A stretch of 64,000 nt of DNA from Candidatus Melainabacteria bacterium 17Bon1m (GCA_032128875.1 JAVLKG010000007.1:32001-96000), one strand, 5' to 3'. Numbered from the stretch's first letter, positions 10,465 through 20,832 are shown. Made by a program: numbers and translations. Notes: generated from the sequence alone by a model not told the origin.

Positions 10465-11523
10465 TTACGGCTGGGTGTGGACCAGGATCGAAGTGATCAG
10501 GTCGTCGACCTTCACCTTCTTCTTGCCGAGCGACGCGGTCTGACCCATCTTGGTGTGGGCGCGCGCGACCTCGGGGAAGACGGCCTTGACGTGCTCGGGA
10601 CGCACGGTGTCCTGGTCCATCGCGTGGGCCAGAGCGGCAGCAGCCATCTTCAGGTCCATGGCGCAGCGCGGCGAGCCGCCGACTTCGACCATGTCCTTGT
10701 ACGACTTGCCGTTCGGGGTCTCCCACTTGTCCATGAAACCAACGTAGGGGTTGGTGCCATAGGACAGGCGAGCGATGTACTCGTTCACCGACGAGCCGAC
10801 GCCGACCGCCAGCTCATGCACTTCGCCGCGCATCTTGAGCAGCTCGGTGACGCTGGTGACCGGACGAACCATCTGCTTTTCGCCGCGCGGCATGCGCAGC
10901 ATCTGAGCGTTCTGGACGATCTCGGTCAGACCTTCCAGCGTGGGGTAGCCCCACTGGATGTTGAACATCAGCCGGTCGTAGGCTGCGTTCGGCAGTTCCA
11001 CCGTGCCCTGGCCGGGAGCGGGGAAGTTGCAGGTGATGAGGCCGACGAACAGGTCCGGCATCTCGATGGTGACGTCTTCGACGGTCTTCTCCCGCTCTTC
11101 CAGCATCTGCAGGAAGGCAGCCCAGAGACGGGGCGTGTAGCGAGTGCCCTCGTCGACGAGCAGGAAGTTGGCGCCGTCCGGACCACCGGGGACCTGACCG
11201 TGACGCCACACGCGCGAACCATCGGCGGTGTCAATCGGATAACCGATGACCGTCGACGGCAGCGCATCCGGCGTGCCCTGGCAGCGGGCTTCGCGGCAGC
11301 CCTCGATGATGAGCGGCATGACCTTGGCGATCTTGGTCTTGCCCAGACCGGAGTTGGCCATCAGGATGGCGTGACCGGCGGCGGTGAAGAGCAGGTTGAT
11401 GAGCACCAGCTCGCGCTTGTACCCGACGATGACCTTGCCCTCTTCTTCGAGCAAAGCCCTGTGGACCCGGTTCTTGATCATGTCGATGTCGAAGACCAGG
11501 CGGTGATTGCTATCGAACTTCAT
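10465..11523 (-). CDS. moxR: MoxR-family AAA+ ATPase (divergent)
   Basis: GHAILMANSGLGKT (Walker A), CQGTPDALPS, LLVDEGTR (Walker B), GTVELP..YDRL, GGSPR, DTVRPEHVK. Confidence 0.9.
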   Translation of the reverse strand: MKFDSNHRLVFDIDMIKNRVHRALLEEEGKVIVGYKRELVLINLLFTAAGHAILMANSGLGKTKIAKVMPLIIEGCREARCQGTPDALPSTVIGYPIDTADGSRVWRHGQVPGGPDGANFLLVDEGTRYTPRLWAAFLQMLEEREKTVEDVTIEMPDLFVGLITCNFPAPGQGTVELPNAAYDRLMFNIQWGYPTLEGLTEIVQNAQMLRMPRGEKQMVRPVTSVTELLKMRGEVHELAVGVGSSVNEYIARLSYGTNPYVGFMDKWETPNGKSYKDMVEVGGSPRCAMDLKMAAAALAHAMDQDTVRPEHVKAVFPEVARAHTKMGQTASLGKKKVKVDDLITSILVHTQP

Positions 11524-11642
11524 GGCGATATCCTTTGTTCACTTGTGTCATGAGGAAAGCCGACTCGCCCAGGTTGGCAAAGCTGGATGCTTCCAGCGAT
11601 GTCAGCCTTTGCGAGTGCGGCGGTTTCAGTTGGAAGTCACGT

Positions 11643-12839
11643 CTAAGCGCGACCGTCATGGCCGCGCTTCTTTGCGCCTGTCGCGACGAACGCACGAGCG
11701 CGCGTCACCAGTGGGCCCACCAGCCAGATGAGCATGAGGACGCCAAGCATGCCGGCCACCAGAGGCTGGTACCAGTACTTTTTGGCGACCTCGACTCGCG
11801 AGCCGGCCAGTGACCGGGGCCAGTCGATGTCGACTGACTTGCCCGGCTCAGCGATGACATAGCGACCACCGGTCGCTGCCGCCAGCTCGTTGAGGAACGC
11901 GTCCACACGCACCGTCTGGGCAACCGACCCATCCGACATCATGTGATACGCCCGCTGCCCGTCCTTGTAGATGGGCTTGCCTGCGCCGTCGTAGAGCGGG
12001 ATGTACGACGGTTGGGTCGAGCCGATGCCGACGATGATGAAGACGGTGTTGATCTTCTTCGCCGCATCAATCGCCGCCTGCAATTCCTCCGGCTTGCTGT
12101 GATTCTCGCCGTCGGTGAAAAGCAGGATGACGTTGGTCTCGCCGTTTTCGGCCGGGTCGCGCTCGAACATCTTCACCGCGGCATTGATGCCGTTGTGCAG
12201 ATACGTGCCATCGCCCATCGCCGTGCCCACATCAACCCACCCGTCGTCCAGGATGTAGTTGATCGGGTCGAAGTCGTTGTTGAGGAACGACTTGGTCACG
12301 GGAATCATCGAGTAAACGATGATGCCCAGCTGGTTGCCGGAGATTGCAGGCATGATCTGCTTCTGCAGAATCATGCGCGCCGTCTCAACACGCCTGCCGC
12401 AAGGACCTTCCACCATCGTGCAGCTCCTGCCTCCGTAGAGAGCAGGGTCATCGCGATTCTCCGCGCCCATACTGCGGGACACGTCGAACAACGCCACCAC
12501 ACGAAGCGAGCCTGCCGGCACGCTGACGGCGCCCTGGCTCTGGTACGGCATGGTGGCGGCGGTGAAGCCGAGAACCAATATGAGCACCAGACCAGACAAA
12601 ACGACCGCAGCGGAACCCAGCCTGGGAAGCGTCGTCCAACGCTCCACCAGCTCCGTGGTTCCGTAGTCTTTGATCGCTTGCACGCGCCCGCGATACCACA
12701 ACCACCAGAGGGCGGCCGTGGCACCGATACTGATCAAGAGCAGAAGGCATCCGAAACTTACGGGACTCCTCCACCAAATGAAGTGGGGATTCTCGAAGTG
12801 GATGCTCTGCAAAAACTGCCAGAGTTGATCCATGATCAT
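11643..12839 (-). CDS. BatB-like membrane-anchored VWA protein
   Basis: N-terminal double TM (F.NP..W), MIDAS DVSRS, TDGE, C-terminal TM. Confidence 0.88.
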   Translation of the reverse strand: MIMDQLWQFLQSIHFENPHFIWWRSPVSFGCLLLLISIGATAALWWLWYRGRVQAIKDYGTTELVERWTTLPRLGSAAVVLSGLVLILVLGFTAATMPYQSQGAVSVPAGSLRVVALFDVSRSMGAENRDDPALYGGRSCTMVEGPCGRRVETARMILQKQIMPAISGNQLGIIVYSMIPVTKSFLNNDFDPINYILDDGWVDVGTAMGDGTYLHNGINAAVKMFERDPAENGETNVILLFTDGENHSKPEELQAAIDAAKKINTVFIIVGIGSTQPSYIPLYDGAGKPIYKDGQRAYHMMSDGSVAQTVRVDAFLNELAAATGGRYVIAEPGKSVDIDWPRSLAGSRVEVAKKYWYQPLVAGMLGVLMLIWLVGPLVTRARAFVATGAKKRGHDGRA

Positions 12840-12847
12840 CGCCTCCT

Positions 12848-13546
12848 TCAGATGGCGTCGTTATTGTCCTGACCGGGCTGTTTGCCGGTCTCGTCACCGG
12901 GCATCGGCTGACCCTTTCCGGGCTGACCGGGTCCCTGACCGGGAGGTCCGAGCTTGCCGGGTTCTTCCAGCATCTTGGCCAGTTCCGGATGTTCCGACAG
13001 CAGCGACAACAGGTTGTTGCGCGTGTCGTCTGCCTGCTTCTCCAGGCGGAGCAACTGGCAGTCGTCGCCCGAGACCGGGCGAGCCATGCCCACCTTGTCA
13101 CCCGGCGTCACGCAGAAGTCGCGCGCGTACTGGTGGCTGCCGTCATCACGCGCCGACACGCCGACCAGCATGCGCTGACCGGCATTGAGGCGAAGCGACT
13201 CGACGTAGGCCTTGAGCGCGTCTTCGTTCTTGTTGGCGGCACGCAGCATGTTGCCGACGTGGAACATGGCGAGAGCGGCCATCTCCTGGTCGCCCTGCGG
13301 CAGGATGTAACGCTCCGCCCAGGTCTTGGGTTCGAGACCCTTGAAGGCCTTGTACGACTCCATGAAGGCCTGCAGCGCCTGACCGGCGACATTGGGGTCT
13401 TCGTTGGAAGCCATATCGATGGCCTGGTCGTAGAGGTGGGTCTGCACGTCGGTGTACTGCGCCAACTTGATGACCGTCGGCGTCAGATAGATTGCGATTG
13501 CCCAGGCCACGACGAATGGCAGGGTTCGCAGTGCGAACTTTTTCAT
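12848..13546 (-). CDS. BatC-like TPR protein
   Basis: N-terminal TM, TPR-like FHVGN...ALKAYVESLRLN...DTRNNL, G/P/Q-rich tail; GGAGG RBS. Confidence 0.75.
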   Translation of the reverse strand: MKKFALRTLPFVVAWAIAIYLTPTVIKLAQYTDVQTHLYDQAIDMASNEDPNVAGQALQAFMESYKAFKGLEPKTWAERYILPQGDQEMAALAMFHVGNMLRAANKNEDALKAYVESLRLNAGQRMLVGVSARDDGSHQYARDFCVTPGDKVGMARPVSGDDCQLLRLEKQADDTRNNLLSLLSEHPELAKMLEEPGKLGPPGQGPGQPGKGQPMPGDETGKQPGQDNNDAI

Positions 13547-13562
13547 GTCGTAGTTCCTCCAG

Positions 13563-14621
13563 TTACAGGGTCGAGCGCCGAACGACGCTCAATCCAATCC
13601 ACGTTGCGAAGCTGATCGCCGCCACCATCAGGAGAAACAGCAGAGAGTCCTGCCGCTCCTTTGTGTAGACGGTACGCACGCTCGCGCGAGCGAGCGCATC
13701 GATCTGCGTGAGTGCCTGCTTGAACGCTGCCTCGTCCTGCACGCGGACGACGGTGCCGTCGACCGATTGCGCGAACTTGATGATCGGCTGCAGGCTCGAG
13801 TTGTTCAGGTCCTTCCAGGGAGTGTCGACACCGAATACGAAGAAGTGGATGCCCAGCTCCTTGTACGCGGCGGCGAGTTCCTTCGCGCGATCTTCGTTAA
13901 TGCTGGCCATGCCGTCGGTGACCATGATGTAGATACGCGTGGCGTTGCCGTCCTCTTTGTTGAAGACGCGCAGCGCCCCCTGCAAAGCACCGTCTTCGCC
14001 GGCCCCGTTGACGGGACCATCGAAGTTGGTGCCGCCGCCGTACTTGTCGGTGTACGTGCGAATCTGGTCCAGAACGCTGATAGCGACTTCCGGAGTCTTC
14101 GTCGCCGGGTAGGTGAGGAAGAACTTCGAGTCGAACACCGTGAGACCAACGCGCAGTCCGCCGGCATTCTCGATGAACACCTTAGCGGCGCCGAGTTCGG
14201 CATCGATCGGTTGCACCGCTCGAGCAGCGTCTTCCGGCTTGTCGGTCTTCGGCTTGTATTCCGGATTGGTGCGCGGGTCGAAGTAATACGAGAGATAGCG
14301 CTCGTAGTCGAAGTGCACGCCGCCAGTTTTGGTCGAGCCGGACGTGTCGATCGTCATGTAGATGACGCCGGCCGAGTCCGTACCGACCTTGTTGAACGGG
14401 AAGACCGTGCCCGCCAGACCAAGCACAAGCGCAGAGTAGAGACTGCCCTTGCTGAGCCAGATGAGCGCGGTCAGCGCTGTTCCGGCCTTGGTACTGACTC
14501 TGACGCGCGAAACCTGTGTGTTCTTCAGCGTATGGGAACGACGTCCCCAGAAGAACCAGACCGCGAAGGCTGCAGGCAGCGCCAAAAGCAACCACAGATA
14601 GACTGGGTTCATGAATTCCAT
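13563..14621 (-). CDS. BatA-like membrane-anchored VWA protein
   Basis: MEFMNPVYLWLLLALP (BatA-type N-terminus), MIDAS DTSGS, GGTNF, TDG, C-terminal TM. GGAGG precedes ATG 14621. Confidence 0.88.
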   Translation of the reverse strand: MEFMNPVYLWLLLALPAAFAVWFFWGRRSHTLKNTQVSRVRVSTKAGTALTALIWLSKGSLYSALVLGLAGTVFPFNKVGTDSAGVIYMTIDTSGSTKTGGVHFDYERYLSYYFDPRTNPEYKPKTDKPEDAARAVQPIDAELGAAKVFIENAGGLRVGLTVFDSKFFLTYPATKTPEVAISVLDQIRTYTDKYGGGTNFDGPVNGAGEDGALQGALRVFNKEDGNATRIYIMVTDGMASINEDRAKELAAAYKELGIHFFVFGVDTPWKDLNNSSLQPIIKFAQSVDGTVVRVQDEAAFKQALTQIDALARASVRTVYTKERQDSLLFLLMVAAISFATWIGLSVVRRSTL

Positions 14622-14813
14622 AGTTTCCTCCATGGAAATACGAGTTAGAACACCGCAGGGTGAGCCGCGATGTCACTGGTCATTAAGGGCGGGTACTGTT
14701 TCAACCAACCCTGGAAAAACGCGCTGATTAGCGAAGCTCTCCCACGAACGTCGCGGAAAAACAGAAAGCATCGCGTCGCGTTCTCATGTGTGGCTTACTA
14801 GGTCGCGCAAGCC

Positions 14814-14939
14814 ATCACTGTTTCGGGCAAGTCAGCTCAAGCGTTAAACACGCACCTGGAGAACTGCAGAGAGCGGCTCTTCAAGGACGTGTGCGGCTAA
14901 TCCCTGGGGAAGGGAGGCTAAATTGCCCGAAACAGTGAT
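14814..14939 (-). other. Long structured element in the leader of the Bat operon
   Basis: Perfect 17-bp inverted repeat ATCACTGTTTCGGGCAA (14814-14830) / TTGCCCGAAACAGTGAT (14923-14939) enclosing further stems. Confidence 0.55.
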
Positions 14940-15655
14940 TGTTATGTCGAGTACTGGGAAGAAAATGCCAAAGGAAATCTTAAGGAATGATGAATTCAAC
15001 CTACCTGACACCCATGGATATTCAAAATCGAATGAATTCCATATGTTTCAGACTTTGAAGCAAACCGCTCAGAGAGCTAATTAAGGACAAAGCCCAAATC
15101 GCGCACTACATGACCCTCTTCGAGGGCCGATCTGAATGAGAAAGCGAAGCTTCTCTCTAGTGAACTCCCAAACCGGTTGATGAGTAACGTTTGTAAAGGG
15201 ATTAAGTCCCAACATGATCGATAGCGCAGCTCGTCGAAACCTCGAAACCACCGCCGACAAAGGTAAAATGCAGACAGTTTTTGACCGTCGCTTCCTTTCA
15301 TATCGAGGGAAAAGCCGACCAAAAGCGAAATCACGTAACTTTTGTGACGCTCCTTGGTGGCACATGTGATACCGCAGAAAATCGCGTCAAAAGTGGTCCA
15401 GATCATCTCCGGGGCATGGTGCTAGCCGCGCCAACATTTCCACGCCATGTCGAGAACTCAAAACCTCATGCTAGCCGCGCTTTCCATATCGGCGACGTTC
15501 ACGATCTCTTCACGCAATAGCTTGCACGATTGAGACTACAAAAGAAAAACGTACTCGCGGCTGCAGCAACGAACTGCCAGTCGCCATCAGTGTTTGCCAG
15601 GCAACCCATGAGATCGCACACACTGTTCTGTGCAGTGCTTTTTCTACTTCGTTTT

Positions 15656-16921
15656 CTACTGCGTTTTCTTCTTAGCCGCTTTATTCAAATCAGCACCGAC
15701 ATCATCGAATGTCAGTTCATCGACTTCTTCATCAACTTTCGCTTTTACAGATTTGGCAGCAGCCTGAACCTGCGTTTCGCTTTTTGTGATTTTGCGCGGT
15801 CTCTTTTTAGCCGTTTCTTTCGCTTTTTCGAGCGCCTTTTCCAGCACTTCCTCGCCTTTTCCATCTCCGGCTTCTTCCTGCCTCGACTCGGTTTGCGAAT
15901 TTATCGGCTGCATGCCCGGCACTTCTTCACCCGGCAGCGGGACATAAAGAGTATTGGCAATTGCTTCTGCCTTAGCGGCTCGCGCATCTGCCACTAACTT
16001 ATCGATTGTGCGAGCGCGATTTTCAGACACCTTGCGCATGAGTTCTTCCATAGCCGATTCATCATCGACACCGCGAGAAAAACGCGACCCGGTTCTGACT
16101 TCGATAGAACTAGCATCCGATTCCAACGATTCAGCGATTTTGTCGAGAGAGACCTGATTTTCTTTAAGATGCTGCGCAAGCTGTGCTGTCTCTTCATCAT
16201 GATTGCTGAGTGACACGGGATTTTCGGCCGGCGATCTTTTGTTTTCAATTTTTTCGGCAACAGGCTTTTGATCGCATAGTTCGCCTGGTCCGTGACTGCT
16301 GTGGCAAGATTGCATCTCGACTGGTTTTGCACCTTGCATTGACCTGGCAATTCGCGCTTCGTTTTCGCGAATATCCAAAACTTCGAATTCAATATTCGAG
16401 GGACAGCAATCTTTGATGTCGCGCAAGTGGCTGCCGATGCGATGTGCCGCCTCCCGCAAATGAGTGAGTGCGCGCTTGCTCATCTCCAGCGACTCGCCGG
16501 ATTTCTGCTGCTTTAAGGCCACGACCGACTTGACCAGATTGTCGCAGCCGTCGCACATCTCGGTCAGACCATAGTTGATCTCGCGGACTTCAATCGGGTG
16601 ATCTTCGTAGTACTCACCAAGATCGACAAGCGCATGTCTTATAAGGTTGTAGCTGTCTTCGAAAATCTGCAAAGATCGCAAAAGTTGCGCGTAAGCGACG
16701 CTGTAATTTCCGGCGCGCGTTTCTTCGACCAAACTTTCGACATAGACGAGACCCTGTCTCAGTCCGGTATGTCCCATCATCAATTCCTGAATACCGCTGG
16801 ATCGAACAACCAGCCGATAATCAAAAAAATCGACGTCGGACATTTGATTCACGACGTGTTTGACTTCGCGTGAACGTCCATGAATTCTGTCGTCGTCTGA
16901 GGGCTTTTTGTCGTTGGCCAC
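15656..16921 (-). CDS. Hypothetical protein (helical N-terminal domain, charged low-complexity C-terminus)
   Basis: 421-aa ORF, GTG start with AGGA upstream, protein-like composition; no family recognised. Confidence 0.75.
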   Translation of the reverse strand: MANDKKPSDDDRIHGRSREVKHVVNQMSDVDFFDYRLVVRSSGIQELMMGHTGLRQGLVYVESLVEETRAGNYSVAYAQLLRSLQIFEDSYNLIRHALVDLGEYYEDHPIEVREINYGLTEMCDGCDNLVKSVVALKQQKSGESLEMSKRALTHLREAAHRIGSHLRDIKDCCPSNIEFEVLDIRENEARIARSMQGAKPVEMQSCHSSHGPGELCDQKPVAEKIENKRSPAENPVSLSNHDEETAQLAQHLKENQVSLDKIAESLESDASSIEVRTGSRFSRGVDDESAMEELMRKVSENRARTIDKLVADARAAKAEAIANTLYVPLPGEEVPGMQPINSQTESRQEEAGDGKGEEVLEKALEKAKETAKKRPRKITKSETQVQAAAKSVKAKVDEEVDELTFDDVGADLNKAAKKKTQ

Positions 16922-17071
16922 GCCGGTGTCCTATGGGTTTCCCGCCCAAATAGGTTATACCCACCGGATTCAGCGCGGTTGAAAGCGTGGCGAAATATTT
17001 AAGAAAGCGTCTCTTTTGAAAGCCTCTAAATACGCTGCCGAACAGCTCTTGATAGAAACTTGATGCGAGAC

Positions 17072-17428
17072 TTACCTTATTTGCAAAAGTCTTCTTGCGA
17101 TTCTGGCAATCTTTCTGGTCAGCAATTTTAGTTCGTGACCGAGAGTGACGGTTTGATCGTGGACAAAATTCGGATGTATGCCCGTGCCCTTGTAATGGCT
17201 ATCAGAGGCGGCTGAGAGGGCGGCCAAGGCGGCGGATGTGTCGCCATGGGTAAAAAGTCTATCCGCATCACGGTGATACAACAGCTTGCCGTTAAACCCT
17301 ACGTATTCAACTTCTATTCCGCTGCCGCATGTGGTGTCACGGTCGAACCTTAGTAAGTTGGTTTGGTCGTGAGAGAAAAGATCGGAATTTACTTTCTCAT
17401 TCATTTCGATGGCGATCATGGAGTTCAT
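17072..17428 (-). CDS. Hypothetical protein
   Basis: AGGAG precedes ATG 17428; co-oriented with its neighbours. Confidence 0.5.
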   Translation of the reverse strand: MNSMIAIEMNEKVNSDLFSHDQTNLLRFDRDTTCGSGIEVEYVGFNGKLLYHRDADRLFTHGDTSAALAALSAASDSHYKGTGIHPNFVHDQTVTLGHELKLLTRKIARIARRLLQIR

Positions 17429-17885
17429 CGAGCGCTCCTGCACAAGAATGTGAGTATGACTGGGATGCGTCTATCCGGGAATTGGTGCCAACCAGTTCAT
17501 ACTCGTTACAAACCGGGCTCTTGTCAAGGACCACTTTAAGTGTCGATCCGCAGGCCGCTTGATTAAACACGACTCAGAAAACAGCAAAGACCGAATGGCG
17601 CCCGTGCTTACAAAAAAGCGCAGGCGTCAAAAAACCGCCTGGAGAGCCAGGTTTAACGTGGTTTAAGAGAAGGAGGGCAAGTGTGCGGGTGCAAAAAGCA
17701 GAAAACACGAACGATCGCAAAGCACGCATTTGCGTCCAAGCGAGCATTCGAAGAACGAGTGTTTATCGAACACCACGTAAATCGAATTCAATGAATTCAT
17801 AGGTTTGAATTCAGCAAAATATTTTTTTCGAGTTTAAATCAGGCGCCTTTGACGACACCGTTTCTCCTATCACCTCCTCGGTTGA

Positions 17886-19247
17886 TTATGCCTGTGGATC
17901 GCAGCCCAAGCGCTTCAACGAACGATCGAGAGTTTCCAGCTGTGATACCAATTTTGATACCAGAGCCAGACTGCCTTGACCGCGTACACGCTCGAGATTT
18001 TCGAGAAGCTTCTGCCTCTCCTTCCACAATTTCTTCACTTCGAGTGAATCGTTCTTTCTGGAAATCGCATGTGCATTAGCTGCTTCGGCAGCCACAAAAC
18101 GATTTACACGAACCTTTTCGGCTTGCTCAGCCTTGGCGGACTTCTCGGAGATTTTCTCCGATTCATTCGATTTGAACTTGGTGTTGTTCGCGTCAGAAAC
18201 ATTGGACAAATTGGTAGGATTCGTAAGGTTATTACGCTCCACCATCTCGTTGAACTTCTTGTCTGCTTGACGGCGAGCGTATTCGCTCAGCTCCATCTGC
18301 TGCTGATTTTTCTTGCGCGCCTCAAGAATTGCCGGGTTTTTCTTCCCGCCGGCAAAATTGTCGAATATCGACATTGCAGCGCCCATGCCGAAAAGCATCA
18401 GTGGCGAACAGAACGCAATTGATGTAAGAGACAGTTCGCTGCGGGCAGAGAAAGCTCTGGCCTCCTCATCCTTAGCCAGTTGCTCCGGAGTCTTGGGAGT
18501 GTTCTTAGCCGCATCTTTAGGCGCGTTTGACGCGGCCTTCTTGTCAGTCGCAGAAGGTTCTTTCTCAGTCTTATTGAGCTGCTCGCGCTTGGTTTGCTCT
18601 TGCTTCAGCTGATTGATGCGCTCACGCTCTTCTTTCAAGCGTGCGGCCAGAAGTAATTCTTTTTGATGTTGAACCTTTTGCTGTTCTTCGCGCAACCTCT
18701 CTTGCTGCGCACGATCTTTTTGCATCTGCTCCTGGCGAGCTTTATCGCGCAGTGCTTGTTCTTGTTTCAAACGAGCTTGCAACTGTTGTTCGCGCTGCAA
18801 TTGTTCTTGCTTCAAACGCGCCTGCAATTGCTGATCGCGCTGCATTTGTTCTAAACGACGACGCGCCTGATCCTGCTGATCGCGCTGCATCTGCTCCTGC
18901 TTGAGCTTTGCTTGCTGCTGTTCATACCTTTGAATTTGCTCTTGCCGGAGCTTTGCTTGCGATTGACTGTCGCGCTGCGTTTGCTCCTTGAAAGAACTGA
19001 CATTCTTCGCCTGTTCTTTGTACGCCAGTTCGCTGCGCAACCGTGCTTGTTCCATCTGGTCGCGGATCATTTGATCCTGGTTTTGTTTCACCTGCTGGAT
19101 CAGATCTTTCTGCAGATTGTCCTTTTGCATCATCTGCGATGCGAGTGTCGCTGCTGTCGCGTCGCCAACTTGAGGCGCTTTCGCCAACAACTTTTCTATG
19201 GAAGCTTCAAGAGCCTGGATTTGCTGTGAGGTATCTGGTGAGTTCAT
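17886..19247 (-). CDS. Q/E/R-rich coiled-coil protein with one hydrophobic segment
   Basis: Long ORF with 15-aa repeats (xLKQEQMQRDQQxQA) and the hydrophobic stretch SIAFCSPLMLFGMGAAMSIF. Confidence 0.8.
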   Translation of the reverse strand: MNSPDTSQQIQALEASIEKLLAKAPQVGDATAATLASQMMQKDNLQKDLIQQVKQNQDQMIRDQMEQARLRSELAYKEQAKNVSSFKEQTQRDSQSQAKLRQEQIQRYEQQQAKLKQEQMQRDQQDQARRRLEQMQRDQQLQARLKQEQLQREQQLQARLKQEQALRDKARQEQMQKDRAQQERLREEQQKVQHQKELLLAARLKEERERINQLKQEQTKREQLNKTEKEPSATDKKAASNAPKDAAKNTPKTPEQLAKDEEARAFSARSELSLTSIAFCSPLMLFGMGAAMSIFDNFAGGKKNPAILEARKKNQQQMELSEYARRQADKKFNEMVERNNLTNPTNLSNVSDANNTKFKSNESEKISEKSAKAEQAEKVRVNRFVAAEAANAHAISRKNDSLEVKKLWKERQKLLENLERVRGQGSLALVSKLVSQLETLDRSLKRLGCDPQA

Positions 19248-19485
19248 CAAGTAAATTTGCCGCGTGCGCTTGGGGTGTCTCTCTCTAATTGGCGCACGCT
19301 CGCCCTGGTGACCATATTCTGGGTTTGCCGAGGGTAAAAGTCGATGGGAAAAATACCCTCAGAAGTTTTGACTGGAACGGAGTTTGGGCTTTTTTTCCAG
19401 CTAAAGTGGGGATTTTCCCATGCTATGACACAGAATAGTAGAAACAGTTCGAAATAGAAATGGCTTAAACAGCATCAAATGGCAT

Positions 19486-19557
19486 GAACGGCGCGGAAAT
19501 GCTCTGCGAAACCCACATTCGGGTATCGCTTCTGTATGAGCATATTCCGCGCCGTTC
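19486..19557 (-). other. Long hairpin directly downstream of mgtE
   Basis: GAACGGCGCGGAA (19486-19498) pairs with TTCCGCGCCGTTC (19545-19557), with nested ATGCTC/GAGCAT and ACCC/GGGT. Confidence 0.55.
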
Positions 19558-19578
19558 GCCTACTACTGTCGGGGTCTG

Positions 19579-20832
19579 TCATAGCAGCTTCCCCATAAGG
19601 ACGGCGCTGGCAACGCTGAAGTAGATGACCAGTCCGGTCACATCCACAAGCGTTGCAACGAACGGCGTCGACGCGCTGGCCGGATCGAAACCGAGCCGAC
19701 GCAGCAAGAATGGCAGAACGCTGCCGGTGACGCTGCCCCAGAGGACAACACCAACCAGGCTGACTGCCACGGTGAGCCCGATCAGCACGGAGTGCGGACC
19801 GTAGATGTGGAACATCTGCTCCCAGGCGACGACCCGGACGAATCCGAGCATGCCGAGGATAAGTCCCAGCGAAAGACCCGTGACCAACTCGCGCTTCATG
19901 ACACGGAACCAGTCGCGCAGCTTCACTTCACCCAGCGCCATGGCGCGAATGACGAGCGTGGACGCCTGCGAACCGGCGTTGCCGCCCGACGAGATGATCA
20001 GCGGAACGAAGAGCGCCAGGATTACCGCCTTGGCGATTTCGTCCTGGAAGTGAGCCATCGCGCTCGCCGTCAGCAGTTCGCCGATGAAGAGCATGACCAG
20101 CCAGCCACCACGCTTGCGAATCATCGTGGGCAGCTTGGTGGTCAGATAGGGCATGTCCAGGGCTTCGGAACCACCCATCTTCTGCATGTCTTCGGTGGCT
20201 TCGGAGCGAACGACGTTGACGACGTCATCGGCGGTCACCACACCCTTCATGCAGCCGTTGCCGTCGAGGACGGGAATGGCAATCAGGTGATTGGTCGCGA
20301 AGATATTTGCGACTTCGTCCTGGGCGCAGTTTTCCGGCAGCGTCACGAGCTTGGAGCGCATGATCTGCTGAATTTCACGGCTGCCTTCCACCATCAGAAG
20401 CTCCTTCATGGAAATCACTCCCATGAGCTTCTGCTGGCTGTTGAGGACGTAGACGTAAGACGAAGTGGCCGGATTGGCCGTAACTTGCTTGCGCACGTAC
20501 ATGATCGCTTCTTGAGCGGTCATGTGGGGGCGAACGCGGATGTAGCGGGGATTCATCAATCCGCCGGCGACATCTTCAGCGTATGCGAGCAATGCCGTCA
20601 CTTCCGCACGGGCGCTGAAGTCCAGCAGCGCCAGGAGCTTTCCGCGCTGTGCGTGATCCAGCGACTGCAGCAGGTCGGCCGCATCATCGGGATCGAGCAC
20701 GCGCATGGCGAGACGTTGAGCATCCGGGGAGAACGTGCCGATGAGGTCAGCCTGTTCGCGCACCGAGAGCTCCTCGAATGCCGTTCCGGCAGTGTTGCTG
20801 TGCCGGAAGAGATTGTTTTCAGTGGTGGTCAT
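19579..20832 (-). CDS. mgtE: Magnesium transporter MgtE
   Basis: MgtE_N DDAAD, two CBS domains, FVPLIISSGGNAGSQ, DPASASTPFVATLVDVTG. Confidence 0.97.
   Translation of the reverse strand: MTTTENNLFRHSNTAGTAFEELSVREQADLIGTFSPDAQRLAMRVLDPDDAADLLQSLDHAQRGKLLALLDFSARAEVTALLAYAEDVAGGLMNPRYIRVRPHMTAQEAIMYVRKQVTANPATSSYVYVLNSQQKLMGVISMKELLMVEGSREIQQIMRSKLVTLPENCAQDEVANIFATNHLIAIPVLDGNGCMKGVVTADDVVNVVRSEATEDMQKMGGSEALDMPYLTTKLPTMIRKRGGWLVMLFIGELLTASAMAHFQDEIAKAVILALFVPLIISSGGNAGSQASTLVIRAMALGEVKLRDWFRVMKRELVTGLSLGLILGMLGFVRVVAWEQMFHIYGPHSVLIGLTVAVSLVGVVLWGSVTGSVLPFLLRRLGFDPASASTPFVATLVDVTGLVIYFSVASAVLMGKLL

Noticed and set aside
6143-14648. Series of long plus-strand ORFs opposite the Bat operon
   Set aside because: Antisense shadows of recognisable minus-strand genes, with implausible His/Arg-rich composition.
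15077-15520. Short ORFs in the 14.9-15.6 kb gap
   Set aside because: No RBS or motif support; mutually overlapping.
17784-17813. Three clustered GAATTC sites
   Set aside because: Short motif in AT-rich DNA; cannot be distinguished from chance without statistics.
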